DNA of 55,680 nucleotides from Nemertoderma westbladi (lineage: Eukaryota; Animalia; Xenacoelomorpha): positions 1 through 55,680 of the forward strand of contig JAUCBJ010003409.1 in NCBI GenBank assembly GCA_032718475.1. Direction: 5' to 3'. The position numbers were made by a program, and so were the translations under genes. The number at the start of each line of letters is the position of its first letter. Within the stretch, counting starts at the first letter, position 1. The notes under the pieces are model-generated. The model was not told where the DNA came from. It saw nothing but the letters and a program-made list of their open reading frames with translations, and did no database searches. Below are positions 12,701-24,900 of the stretch, piece after piece.

Positions 12701-13946
12701 ATTGTACGTCCTTCACTCATGAGAATTAATGAGCAACCTACAGAAACGGAAGAATATTATTTACGTAAATTTGTATAAAGGCCACTAATAATGATTATCA
12801 TTTGCTCAAGAGAATAAATCCTCATTCTTTGCCTTTTAAGATTTCCGATGATTTAAATGTTCAACCATTGAGAATAGTTGGTTTCTTTATACGCCTGGCA
12901 CATATTATATAAGAGATTCTGTGTCATCCATCATCTGATTCTCCGTTTGGCAGCATCAATTTGCCCTCGAAACAAACTCCAGTGGATTAAGCCCCCATCA
13001 TCGTTTGCTTAGTGGAACAAGGCTTATTATTATACCCCGGCGGCTTCTCTCCATGTATAGAGGCACACAGGTACGGGACCATCTCAACCCAGGCCTGGCA
13101 TCGTCGCAGCACCGTAGCCCAGAGCCGTGTGCGTAACGCCGGCTATACTAGGCCGCAGAGCTATAGATGCAAAGCCCGTCTATGATTTATAGGGGCTTTG
13201 GGACACCAGAGGGTTAATGATGTCCAGCTGGTCCATTCTGCCCATAACTATATCTATACTGAACATATTTAGGATGGAATACCTCCTTCGTGTTTCATTG
13301 TTTTAAGACAAAAATAATACCTTGATATGATCTACTGCCACTCACAAGGCTACTTTAAACGATTTCATGTCAAAGAGCGATTTCTAACCAAAACAATAAA
13401 CGATGTTGTTAATAATTGAGGGAAAGGTGTATGATAATAAAGTTAAAACCACGGCTCTTTCGACACTTTGACAGACCTTTGACTCTTTCGAGTTTTGACC
13501 CTTGGACCAGTAACGCTCTAAACAAATAGTTACATTCAAAGCCAAAGAGTTCCTATCATCGAAATCCAATCAAACGCCGTGGTATTTCAAGGCCATCCAA
13601 TTTCATATGTTCCATTTATCAGACGTGGTTTTCGAAATTCAGACATTGAAATAATCCCAACGATCAATCAAAAATCAAAATGAAAATAAAATATTATTGA
13701 TTCATCTATAATAGAAGTCTGAGCGCATTGGTGATAAAGTTGCGAATAAATACCTAATTACCTAAACTCTACAAATCATTGATATATTTTCACCTTCCTC
13801 ACATCATAATTTACATTAAGTTATAAAATACACGCCTCCAACAGGGAAGGCATTGCCGGACACAGTAGCGCCTTTGGAAGATGGAGAAAGCCATAATAAA
13901 ATACGTGATTGACAGCGCCGGCAATAAGCCAGAATGCTAAATTTGG

Positions 13947-14103
13947 TTATTCCCATTGAAGGGTGACAAAAAGACACGGGGGTCCATGAGGTAATAAAAC
14001 TCGTCGGTTGTGGACATCCAACTCTAGTCGGACGACGAGAAGGCTCTCCCTCTCCCAGGTCAGTGGGCCGTGTCCGGGGTGACTCATATTAATCAGCACA
14101 GAG
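13947..14103 (-). CDS. TTBK: Candidate terminal exon of TTBK (S-SVLINMSHPGHGPLTWERES...LQWE*)
   Basis: Acceptor ttattag|c is in frame with the phase-2 end of exon 20757-20933 and is followed by a GC-richer open frame to TAA. No recognisable homology, so tentative. Confidence 0.35.
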
Positions 14104-14616
14104 CTAATAATGAAATACAATTGGTTACATGTTTGCGTATTGTCCGATGAATAATCTAGGTGTTGGTGGAAAGGGGAGGGGACAACGGATGCACACAATA
14201 AATATGTTGTAACTACTGTATGTACATCACGGTGAGTAAAGTGGTACTTTATAGGTTTATATCTAGATGATTTAATTAATTCCTCGACGATTTTGGGGGT
14301 GTACCAGGTGTCATGTGGCGTAATCATTACACAATACACGATGAAAGGTAAGACATTTTCGATTAAACTTTTCGATTCGACAGTATAAAATAGTAAGAAT
14401 GGAGTTATTATATAAAACGCCCATGTGGTGGGGTAGGTGTAAAACGCGGATCCGGATCCGGATCCGGATTCAGGATCCGGATACGGATCAGGACCCGGAT
14501 TTGCGAGTGTAAAAGGCGGATCCGGATTTACATACAATCCGTAACTGAGTGTAATATGCGGATTCTGAAATACGCAATCCGTATTGCAGTGTAAAACGCG
14601 GATTCATATATTTTGT

Positions 14617-15785
14617 GAATCCGGAATGGAGTGTAAAACACGGATTTTAGTTAATTATCAAGTTTTGTTGGATCCGGAATGGAGTGTAAAACACGGATTT
14701 TCGTTAATTACCAAATTTTGTTGGATCCGGAATGGAGTGTAAAACGCGGATTTTCGTTAATTACCAAGTTTTAATGGATCCGGAATGGAGTGTAAAACAC
14801 GGATTTTCGTTAATTATCAAGTTTTGTTGGATCCGGAATGGAGTGTAAAACACGGATTTTCGTTAATTACCAAATTTTGTTGGATCCGGAATGGAGTGTA
14901 AAACGCGGATTTTCGTTAATTACCAAGTTTTAATGGATCCGGAATGGAGTGTAAAACACGGATTTTCGTTAATTACCAAGTTTTGTTGGATCCGGAATGG
15001 AGTGTAAAATACGGATTTTCGTTAATTACCAAGTTTTAATGGATCCGGGAAGGGGTGTAAAACGCGGATTTTTGTTAATTACCAAGTTTTGTTGGATCCG
15101 GAATGGAGTGTAAAATACGGATTTTCGTTAATTACCAAGTTTTGTTGGATCCGGAATGGAGTGTAAAACACGGATTTACGTTAATTACCAAGTTTTAATG
15201 GATCCGGGAAGGGGTGTAAAACGCGGATTTTCGTTAATTACCAAGTTTTGTTGGATCCGGAATGGAGTGTAAAATACGGATTTACGTTAATTACCAAGTT
15301 TTAATGGATCCGGAATGGAGTGTAAAACACGGATTTTCGTTAATTACCAAGTTTTGTTGGATCCGGAATGGAGTGTAAAATACGGATTTTCGTTAATTAC
15401 CAAGTTTTGTTGGATCCGAAATGGAGTGTAAAACACGGATTTACGTTAATTACCAAGTTTTATTGGATCCGGAATGGAGTGTAAAACACGGATTTATGTT
15501 AATTACCAAGTTTTATTGGATCCGGAATGGAGTGTAAAACACGGATCTTCGTTAATTACCAAGTTTTGTTGGATCCGGAATGGAGTGTAAAACACGGATT
15601 TACGTTAATTACCAAGTTTTAATGGATCCGGGAAGGGGTGTAAAACGCGGATTAAATTTATTTACCAAGTGTTACTAGATCCGGGAAGGGGTGTAAAACG
15701 CGGATTGATTCAGGTTAATTACAAAGTGTTACTGGATCCGGGAAGGGGTGTAAAATGCGGATTTACGTTAATTACTGAGTTTGTT
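14617..15785 (+). repeat. 53-bp tandem array (ggatccggaatggagtgtaaaacacggattttcgttaattaccaagttttgtt), ~22 copies, left arm
   Basis: Period of 53 measured between successive GGATCC sites (14670, 14723). Confidence 0.95.
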
Positions 15786-16185
15786 AATGAGGGACACAAC
15801 TATTAATGAGGGACACACATTAATGAGGGACACAAACATTAATGGGGGACACCTTAATAGTTAATAGACACCTTAATAATTTGTCTATGTCTAGGGGCCA
15901 CACATAAGCTTAATCCGGCTCCGGCTCTTAATAGGGGTCAATGCTTCCCAATGAATTATTAATAAGGGCGATGGTGATGCTTGGCCGTCAGACATTATTA
16001 GATATTGATTAGCTGAAAAACTATACTACCGTGGGAACGTGACCTCTCTGGTAGAGCGGCTCTGTAGACAATTGTATGGTAGGATTACTGTCCTGTTCCC
16101 TGATTGGCTTATCCATCCCAACCTCCCTTACAAACAAGAATCACTGTTCTGCCTAGCTGGCGGTAGTTTGTACTGCATCATAGCG

Positions 16186-17255
16186 GGCATCACGTCATTA
16201 GTTCTAAAGGACTTTAGTTCTAATGGACTTTAGTTCTAAACCGGAAACGTCATTAGTTCTAATCGGGGATGTCATTAGTTCTAAAGGACTTTAGTTCTAA
16301 ATTCAAAAGTACTTAAATTCTAATTGAAGCGTCAGTTGTTCTAAACGCATGCGTCAGTAGTTCTAATAGGGGTGTCAGTTGTTCTAAAGACCAGTAGAGG
16401 GGGGAATTTAAAATCAAAGCAGTACAGTAAAATACCGGTACTGCATTGTCTTTGATTGTGCTCTTAATCTGCACTGCACTTTCTGACTCTTGAGTTGGCC
16501 TAACTTCTAAACTTTGTTTTGTAGTGCAGTATGGCGGGTGCAGTACCAGCAGACTACGGTTCCTTTTCAGACTACACGCGCAGAACAAAAACTGGGAAAA
16601 ATCCACTTATCTGTTATCCTATCGAAAACGGCAAGGTTCTAGAGTTTATGTTTCGAGCTAAAAGTGAGAATGCGATTTACTATAAATGCAAGCTGTGCAA
16701 GGAGGCGAGAGATGTGGACAACACATTGCCTCCACCACCGAGCCTTGTTGTTAAAGGTGAACGAATTGTCACTGATCCGGTCAATCCCAATCGTCCACAT
16801 TACTGTTTAGGTATTGATAAGGAAATTGCTGTCGCTAAAGAAATCGACAGGAAAACGAGGCAAGTTATACAGACAACTGGAAAACGGCCTCGTACTGCGT
16901 ATAACGATTCCTTAGCTGAAATTCAAGTTGCTTATGGTGGTCTACCGGAATTCCAGCGACAAGCAATTGAAGATAAGCTGCCTGCATTCTCATCATAGTA
17001 TACAAAATTATTTATTACCTTTATTCACATTCAGTTTAATTTTAGAACTAATGACATCCCTGATTAGAACTATTGACACCCCTGTTTAGAACAACTGACG
17101 CAACCACTTTAGAACAACTGACACATGATTTAGAACTAAGTGACTATTCAATTAGAACTACTGGCGTTTGCAATTAGAACTAATGACACCCCCGATTAGA
17201 ACTACTGACGTAACCTGTTTAGAACAAAAGTCCATTAGAACTAACGACACCCAAT
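16186..17255 (+). mobile_element. Nested Mutator-like (MULE/Phantom-type) deletion derivative with ~200-bp subrepeat TIRs and a 10-bp TSD
   Basis: Direct repeat CATCATAGCG at 16176-16185 and 17256-17265. Inverted arms are rich in ttagttctaa / ttagaactaa (16195-16390 vs 17040-17250). The outermost bases match imperfectly. Confidence 0.75.
16531..16998 (+). pseudogene. Truncated transposase N-terminus with a FLYWCH/WRKY-GCM1-like zinc-finger region
   Basis: 155-aa ORF with IYYKCKLC...IVTDPVNPNRPHYC followed by a helical TGKRPRTAYND segment, located between the TIRs. No DDE domain seen. Confidence 0.55.
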
Positions 17256-17624
17256 CATCATAGCGTACTCTATTTAAGGCCTTGCAAGCGTGCTGCCTTC
17301 CTAATTTATGGAGGCTGAACTGTTCAGTATAATTTCTTATTTAATTTCTTATTAAACATGGATGACAGTGATGACTTTGTAAAGATTCCATTTACGGGAT
17401 TCGTTATTCCGAGTCCAACCAATGATACAGCCATTGTTGAGCCGCTTGAACTCACTACGCAAACATCGTGCACCCCGAGTCCGGAGAAGAAAAAAACCAA
17501 GAAAGTCAGCAAGCCAAGAAAAGTTACTAAAGAACAATAAACATTGTACTAATTAATAATTGTAACTAGATGAGGGTCTGGGTCTTTATTGCATATGCGT
17601 TTTACAAATTGTTCATTAAAACTT

Positions 17625-19570
17625 ACTAATTAACGTAAATCCGTGTTTTACACTCCATTCCAGGATCCAATAAAACTTGGTAATTAACGTAAATCCGTGT
17701 TTTACACTCCATTCCGGATCCAATAAAACTTGGTAATTAACGTAAATCCGTGTTTTACACTCCATTCCGGATCCAATAAAACTTGGTAATTAACGTAAAT
17801 CCGTGTTTTACACTCCATTCCGGATCCAATAAAACTTGGTAATTAACGTAAATCCGTGTTTTACACTCCATTCCGGATCCAATAAAACTTGGTAATTAAC
17901 GTAAATCCGTGTTTTACACTCCATTCCGGATCCAATAAAACTTGATAATTAACGTAAATCCGTGTTTTACACTCCATTCCGGATCCAATAAAACTTGGTA
18001 ATTAACGTAAATCCGTGTTTTACACTCCATTCCGGATCCAATAAAACTTGGTAATTAACGTAAATCCGTGTTTTACACTCCATTCCGGATCCAATAAAAC
18101 TTGGTAATTAACGTAAATCCGTGTTTTACACTCCATTCCGGATCCAATAAAACTTGGTAATTAACGTAAATCCGCGTTTTACACTCCATTCCGGATCCAA
18201 TAAAACTTGGTAATTAACGTAAATCCGTGTTTTACACTCCATTCCGGATCCAATAAAACTTGATAATTAACGTAAATCCGTGTTTTACACTCCATTCCGG
18301 ATCCAATAAAACTTAGTAATTAACGTAAATCCGCGTTTTACACTCCCTTCCCGGATCCAATAAAACTTGGTAATTAACTAGAATCCGCGTTTTACACCCC
18401 TTCCCGGATCCAATAAAACATGGTAATTAACTTGAATCCGCGTTTTACACTCCATTCCGGATCCAATAAAACTTGGTAATTAACGTAAATCCGTGTTTTA
18501 CACTCCATTCCGGATCCAATAAAACTTAGTAATTAACGTAAATCCGTGTTTTACACTCCATTCCGGATCCAACAAAACTTGGTAATTAACGTAAATCCGT
18601 GTTTTACACTCCATTCCGGATCCAATAAAACTTGGTAATTAACGTAAATCCGTGTTTTACACTCCATTCCGGATCCAATAAAACTTAGTAATTAACGTAA
18701 ATCCGTGTTTTACACTCCATTCCGGATCCAATAAAACTTGGTAATTAACGTAAATCCGTGTTTTACACTCCATTCCGGATCCAATAAAACTTGGTAATTA
18801 ACGTAAATCCGTGTTTTACACTCCATTCCGGATCCAATAAAACTTGAGTAATTAACGTAAATCCGTGTTTTACACTCCATTCCGGATCCAATAAAACTTA
18901 GTAATTAACGTAAATCCGTGTTTTACACTCCATTCCGGATCCAATAAAACTTGGTAATTAACGTAAATCCGTGTTTTACACTCCATTCCGGATCCAATAA
19001 AACTTGGTAATTAACGTAAATCCGTGTTTTACACTCCATTCCGGATCCAATAAAACTTGATAATTAACGTAAATCCGTGTTTTACACTCCATTCCGGATC
19101 CAATAAAACTTAGTAATTAACGTAAATCCGCGTTTTACACCCCTTCCCGGATCCAATAAAACTTGGTAATTAACTAGAATCCGCGTTTTACACCCCTTCC
19201 CGGATCCAATAAAACATGGTAATTAACTTGAATCCGCGTTTTACACTCCATTCCGGATCCAATAAAACTTGATAATTAACGTAAATCCGTGTTTTACACT
19301 CCATTCCGGATCCAATAAAACTTGATAATTAACGTAAATCCGTGTTTTACACTCCATTCCGGATCCAATAAAACTTAGTAATTAACGTAAATCCGCGTTT
19401 TACACCCCTTCCCGGATCCAATAAAACTTGGTAATTAACTAGAATCCGCGTTTTACACCCCTTCCCGGATCCAATAAAACATGGTAATTAACTTGAATCC
19501 GCGTTTTACACCCCTTCCCGGATTTAATAAAACTTTGTAATAAACCTGAATCCGTATTTTACACCCAATC
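17625..19570 (-). repeat. 53-bp tandem array, ~36 copies, inverted relative to 14617-15785 (right arm)
   Basis: Unit aataaaacttggtaattaacgtaaatccgtgttttacactccattccggatcc is essentially the reverse complement of the left-arm unit. Confidence 0.95.
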
Positions 19571-20756
19571 CCGGATTCAGTAGAAAAATGAATCCGCGTT
19601 TTACACTCCGTTCAGGATTTAGCCTAAAACATGAATCCGCGCTTTACACTCCGTTCCGGATCTGAAAAAAAGGCCAATCCGCATTTTACACTCGGTTACG
19701 GATTCGGTAAATTTAGCAGTGCGCGGATCCGCAGATTACACCCTAAAAATGTAAATTCAGTCGACTTCCATAGGGACAATGTTAAATGATAGAATCCGGA
19801 TCCTGATCCGGATCCGCGTTTTACTCTGACCCCATAAAATATTATGTTCATCATGCTATTTTTTTTTATAAATTTCACTAACTTATTTAGAAAAACAAAA
19901 CCCTGATTACTCTTATTTCTTACAGGGAGTAATGGTAGGAATGGGGCAGAAGGACACAGTTACGTTGGGGTCATGTTCATTTTCATCACATTTTTCACGC
20001 AAATTTTATATTTTCGTTTTCTACTTCTGATAATTGGCAATTTTGTAAAAAAAAATCAAAATTTTTTATAAACTGAAAATACCTACGTTTTTTTTTGAAC
20101 ATTTTCATTCAAAAAATGGGGAAATATTATAAATTTAACTAATTCTAAGGAATTCTTGAAGCTTATGATATTACCTTTCATATAAATCAATAAATTGCAA
20201 AAAACGGTTAAGAAATGGCGGAGGAGTAATATTTTTCGTGCGAAAAAATGTCATTCAGAGATAAACGCCTACAAATTTCAAACCTTCCCGCGCAAAACTA
20301 TCAGTTGGTTTGGTTTGTTGGTCTGGTTGGTTAATAGTGTTTGACAGGAAGGAAACACACCAACGAGCTAAAATTATATTTATGGGGGTTTTCGGGTTCG
20401 CTGATTTCATTTCCGATGTCAGTTAAAATATTTGGTGGAATCTAGTCTTTCATTTTGACAGACTGATTGCAATACAGATATTCCACGATAACAAATTTTC
20501 TGAAAGTTTTAGCGAGGTGGGTGGGGGGGGGGGGGGGGGGGGGGGGTCACACCCCTCTCCCGTAAAAAAAAAGCTTTAACTTTATCCACAAACTATCCAT
20601 GACTTTATTATCTGATTTCATTTCTTTTTCAGGAACTATTTATGAACAAATTTATGGTAATGCTTTGCAATGTTTCTGGTGTCTGTGAGAGTATTTTTCA
20701 AATTAGCAAACTAATAATCAATCCAGAAAACATTATCTAGAAAGAAATGAACTAAC

Positions 20757-20933
20757 CTCTCGGGGGGCGGGGGTTTCTCGTAGGTTTGGGGTATCTGATT
20801 AACGTTATCGCAGGCCCAATCAGCACCCCACCGCCGTCCGTCTAGAATGGCCTCATCCGATGCACCTCCAACCGGTACAGAAGCCCGGGGCTGCTGGATC
20901 AATTCGCCGCTTTCAGTTGGCGCTACGGGCATT
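20757..20933 (-). CDS. TTBK: TTBK exon, post-kinase region (G-MPVAPTESGELIQQPRASV...YEKPPPPE-)
   Basis: Acceptor gtttcag|A completes GG|A (Gly) from exon 26161-26315. Open for 177 nt; donor AG|gttagt. Confidence 0.7.
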
Positions 20934-21316
20934 CTGAAACGGTAGACGTTAGGTATTATTACATAAATAAATAAACTAGAAATACTAGTTAATATTCCCT
21001 CTGAGGAAAGACGTGGTACCATACCAAGCAACCCACAAATCGCAATATCAACCTACCGACATACGAACACAAATAGTAAAAACCTACTGGAGCTCTAAGG
21101 TGTTTAAATGGGATCCCGGAAAAAAATGCAATCCCGATCACGATCACGACGTTTTTGGAACGGGATCCCGAAGTATAAATAGTGAAGTAAATGTATTGAA
21201 TATCTGATAAATATTAGTTGCAGCAGAACGGAATTGTTTTGATTATATCGAATTTTTATGTTAGTAGACCATCCAGAAATCAAATTAACTTTAAGTAATT
21301 TAATCCAAAATTGCAA

Positions 21317-21776
21317 TCCCGATCCCGATCCCGAACCCGAACCCGATCCCGAACCCGAACCCGAACCCGATCCCGAACCCGAACCCGATCCCGAACCCGA
21401 ACCCGAACCCGATCCCGAACCCGATCCCGAACCCGAACCCGAACCCGATCCCGAACCCGAACCCGAACCCGATCCCGAACCCGAACCCGAACCCGATCCC
21501 GAACCCGAACCCGATCCCGATCCCGAACCCGAACCCGATCCCGAACCCGAACCCGATCCCGAACCCGAACCCGATCCCGAACCCGAACCCGAACCCGATC
21601 CCGAACCCGAACCCGAACCCGATCCCGAACCCGAACCCGATCCCGAACCCGAACCCGATCCCGAACCCGAACCCGAACCCGATCCCGAACCCGAACCCGA
21701 TCCCGAACCCGAACCCGATCCCGAACCCGAACCCGATCCCGAACCCGAACCCGATCCCGATCCCGAACCCGAACCC
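21317..21776. repeat. (CCCGAA/CCCGAT)n hexanucleotide microsatellite, ~76 units
   Basis: Directly visible. Related tgcaatcccgatc and gggatcccg motifs at 21110-21172 suggest it sits in a small repetitive element. Confidence 0.97.
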
Positions 21777-21982
21777 ACAAATTCAAGACCATTTATATAG
21801 AAAGGTGGCCAAAATAATTAAATAAGAATTAAGCAATAATTTTGAGCATTTAAGCAGATTTAAGCAACCAATTTGTATTGTTTTCGATTAAATCTGATTC
21901 GTCCCAGAGCATAAGTAAGTATAGTTTAGGTATGTGGCTATTTTTGTAGTTTCAATAAAATGCGAATATATATATAATCTGT

Positions 21983-24900
21983 TGAACTAAACCCAGTTTG
22001 GCTGGTAGGTACTGAATTAACCCATTTTGGAAGGTAGGTACTGAACTAACCCAGTTTGGCTGGTAGGTACTGAATTAACCCAGTTTGGCTAGTAGGTACT
22101 GAACTAACCCAGTTTGGCTAGTAGGTACTGAATTAACCCAGTTTGGCTAGTAGGTACTGAATTAACCCAGTTTGGCTGGTAGACTGAATTAACCCAGTTT
22201 GGCTGGTAGGTACTGAACTAACCCAGTTTGGCTGGTAGGTATACTGAACTAACCCAGTTTGGCTGGTAGGTACTGAATTAACCCAGTTTGGCTGGTAGGT
22301 ATACTGAACTAACACCATTTAGCTGGTAGGTACTGAATTAACCCAGTTTGGTTGGTTTGGTAGGTACTGAACTAACCCAGTTTGGCTGGTTGGTAGGTAC
22401 TGAACTAACCCAGTTTGGCTGGTAGGTACTGAATTAACCCAGTTTGGCTGGTAGGTACTGAATTAACCCAGTTTGGCTGGTAGGTACTGAATTAACCCAG
22501 TTTGGCTGGTAGGTACTGAATTAACCCAGTTTGGCTGATAGGTACTGAACTAACCCAGTTTGGCTGGTAGGTATACTGAACTAACCCAGTTTGGCTGGTA
22601 GGTACTGAATTAACCCAGTTTGGCTGGTAGGTATACTGAACTAACACCATTTAGCTGGTAGGTACTGAATTAACCCAGTTTGGTTGGTTTGGTAGGTACT
22701 GAATTAACCCAGTTTGGTTGGTTTGGTAGGTACTGAACTAACCCAGTTTGGCTGGTTGGTAGGTACTGAACTAACCCAGTTTGGCTGGTAGGTACTGAAT
22801 TAACCCAGTTTAGCTGGTAGGTATACTGAACTAACCCAGTTTGGTTGGTAGGTACTGAACTAACCCAGTTTGGCTGGTAGGTACTGAACTAACCCAGTTT
22901 GGCTGGTAGGTACTGAACTAACCCAGTTTGGCTGGTAGACTGAATTAACCCAGTTTGGCTAGTAGGTACTGAACTAACCCAGTTTGGCTGGTAAGTATAC
23001 TGAACTAACCCAGTTTGGTTGGTAGGTACTGAATTAACCCAGTTTGGCTGGTAGGTACTGAATTAACCCAGTTTGGCTGGTAGGTACTGAATTAACCCAG
23101 TTTGGCTGGTAGGTACTGAACTAACCCAGTTTGGCTAGTAGGTACTGAATTAACCCAGTTTGGCTGGTAGGTATACTGAACTAACACCATTTAGCTGGTA
23201 GGTACTGAATTAACCCAGTTTGGCTGGTAGGTACTGAATTAACCCAGTTTGGCTGGTAGACTGAATTAACCCATTTTGGCTGGTAGGTACTGAATTAACC
23301 CAGTTTGGTTGGTAGGTACTGAATTAACCCAGTTTGTCTTGTAAGTACTGAACTAACCCAGTTTGGCTTGGAGGTACTGAACTAACCCAGTTTGGCTGGT
23401 AGGTACTGAATTAACCCAGTTTGGCTGGTAGGTACTGAATTAACCCAGTTTGTATTGTAAGTACTGAACTAACCCAGTTTGGCTTGGAGGTACTGAACTA
23501 ACCCAGTTTGGCTTGGAGGTACTGAACTAACCCAGTTTGGCTGGTAGATACTGAATTAACCCAGTTTGGCTGATAGGTACTGAATTAACCCAGTTTGTAT
23601 TGTAAGTACTGAACTAACCCAGTTTGGCTTGGAGGTACTGAACTAACCCAGTTTGGCTGGTAGGTACTGAACTAACCCAGTTTGGCTAGTAGGTACTGAA
23701 TTAACCCAGTTTGGCTGGTAGGTATACTGAACTAACACCATTTAGCTGGTAGGTACTGAATTAACCCAGTTTGGCTGCTAGGTACTGAATTAACCCAGTT
23801 TGGCTGGTAGACTGAAATTAACCCAGTTTGGCTGGTAGGTACTGAATTAACCCAGTTTGGCTGGTAGGTACTGAATTAACCCAGTTTGTCTTGTAAGTAC
23901 TGAACTAACCCAGTTTGGCTTGGAGGTACTGAACTAACCCAGTTTGGCTGGTAGGTACTGAATTAACCCAGTTTGGCTAGTAGGTACTGAATTAACCCAG
24001 TTTGGCTGGTAGGTACTGAATTAACCCAGTTTGTCTTGTAAGTACTGAACTAACCCAGTTTGGTTGGTAGGTACTGAACTAACCCAGTTTGGCTGGTAGG
24101 TACTGAATTAACCCAGTTTGGCTAGTAGGTACTGAACTAACCCAGTTTGGCTGGTAGGTATACTGAACTAACCCAGTTTGGCTGGTAGTTACTGAACTAA
24201 CCCAGTTTGGCTGGTAGGTATACTGAACTAACCCAGTTTGGCTGGTAGGTACTGAACTAACCCAGTTTGGCTGGTAGGTATACTGAACTAACCCAGTTTG
24301 GCTGGTAGGTATACTGAACTAACCCAGTTTGGCTGGTAGGTACTGAACTAACCCAGTTTGGCTGGTAGGTACTGAATTAACCCAGTTTGGCTGGTAGGTA
24401 TACTGAACTAACCCAGTTTGGCTGGTAGGTACTGAATTAACCCAGTTTGGCTGGTAGGTATACTGAACTAACCCAGTTTGGCTGGTAGGTACTGAATTAA
24501 CCCAGTTTGGCTGGTAGGTACTGAATTAACCCAGTTTGGCTAGTAGGTACTGAATTAACCCAGTTTGGCTGGTAGGTACTGAATTAACCCAGTTTGTCTT
24601 GTAAGTACTGAACTAACCCAGTTTGGCTTGGAGGTACTGAACTAACCCAGTTTGGCTGGTAGGTACTGAATTAACCCAGTTTGGCTAGTAGGTACTGAAC
24701 TAACCCAGTTTGGCTGGTAGGTACTGAATTAACCCAGTTTGGCTGGTAGGTATACTGAACTAACCCAGTTTGGCTGGTAGGTACTGAACTAACCCAGTTT
24801 GGCTGGTAGGTATACTGAACTAACCCAGTTTGGCTGGTAGGTACTGAACTAACCCAGTTTGGCTGGTAGGTATACTGAACTAACCCAGTTTGGCTGGTAG

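Larger units (their letters stand above)
14430..19833. mobile_element. Foldback-type DNA element with very long inverted arms made of 53-bp tandem repeats
   Basis: Left end ggggtaggtgtaaaacgcggatccggatccggatccggattc matches the reverse complement of the right end, ggggtcagagtaaaacgcggatccggatcaggatccggattc. Arms are ~14430-15785 and ~17620-19833. No TSD found. Confidence 0.85.

Noticed and set aside
14104-14537. 5' part of the 196-aa ORF 13947-14537
   Set aside because: It starts within the foldback TIR (GGATCC repeats) and crosses AT-rich intron-like sequence. Only the 3' portion is a candidate exon.
20519-20546. Poly-G/poly-C tracts (also ~49840, 51463, 54087, 55519)
   Set aside because: Simple homopolymers, mostly in repeat remnants, and their lengths are unreliable in assemblies.
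21104-21817. (GS)n, (EP/DP)n, (RS/RT)n and (RV/RD)n ORFs
   Set aside because: A hexamer microsatellite with no stop codons in any frame.
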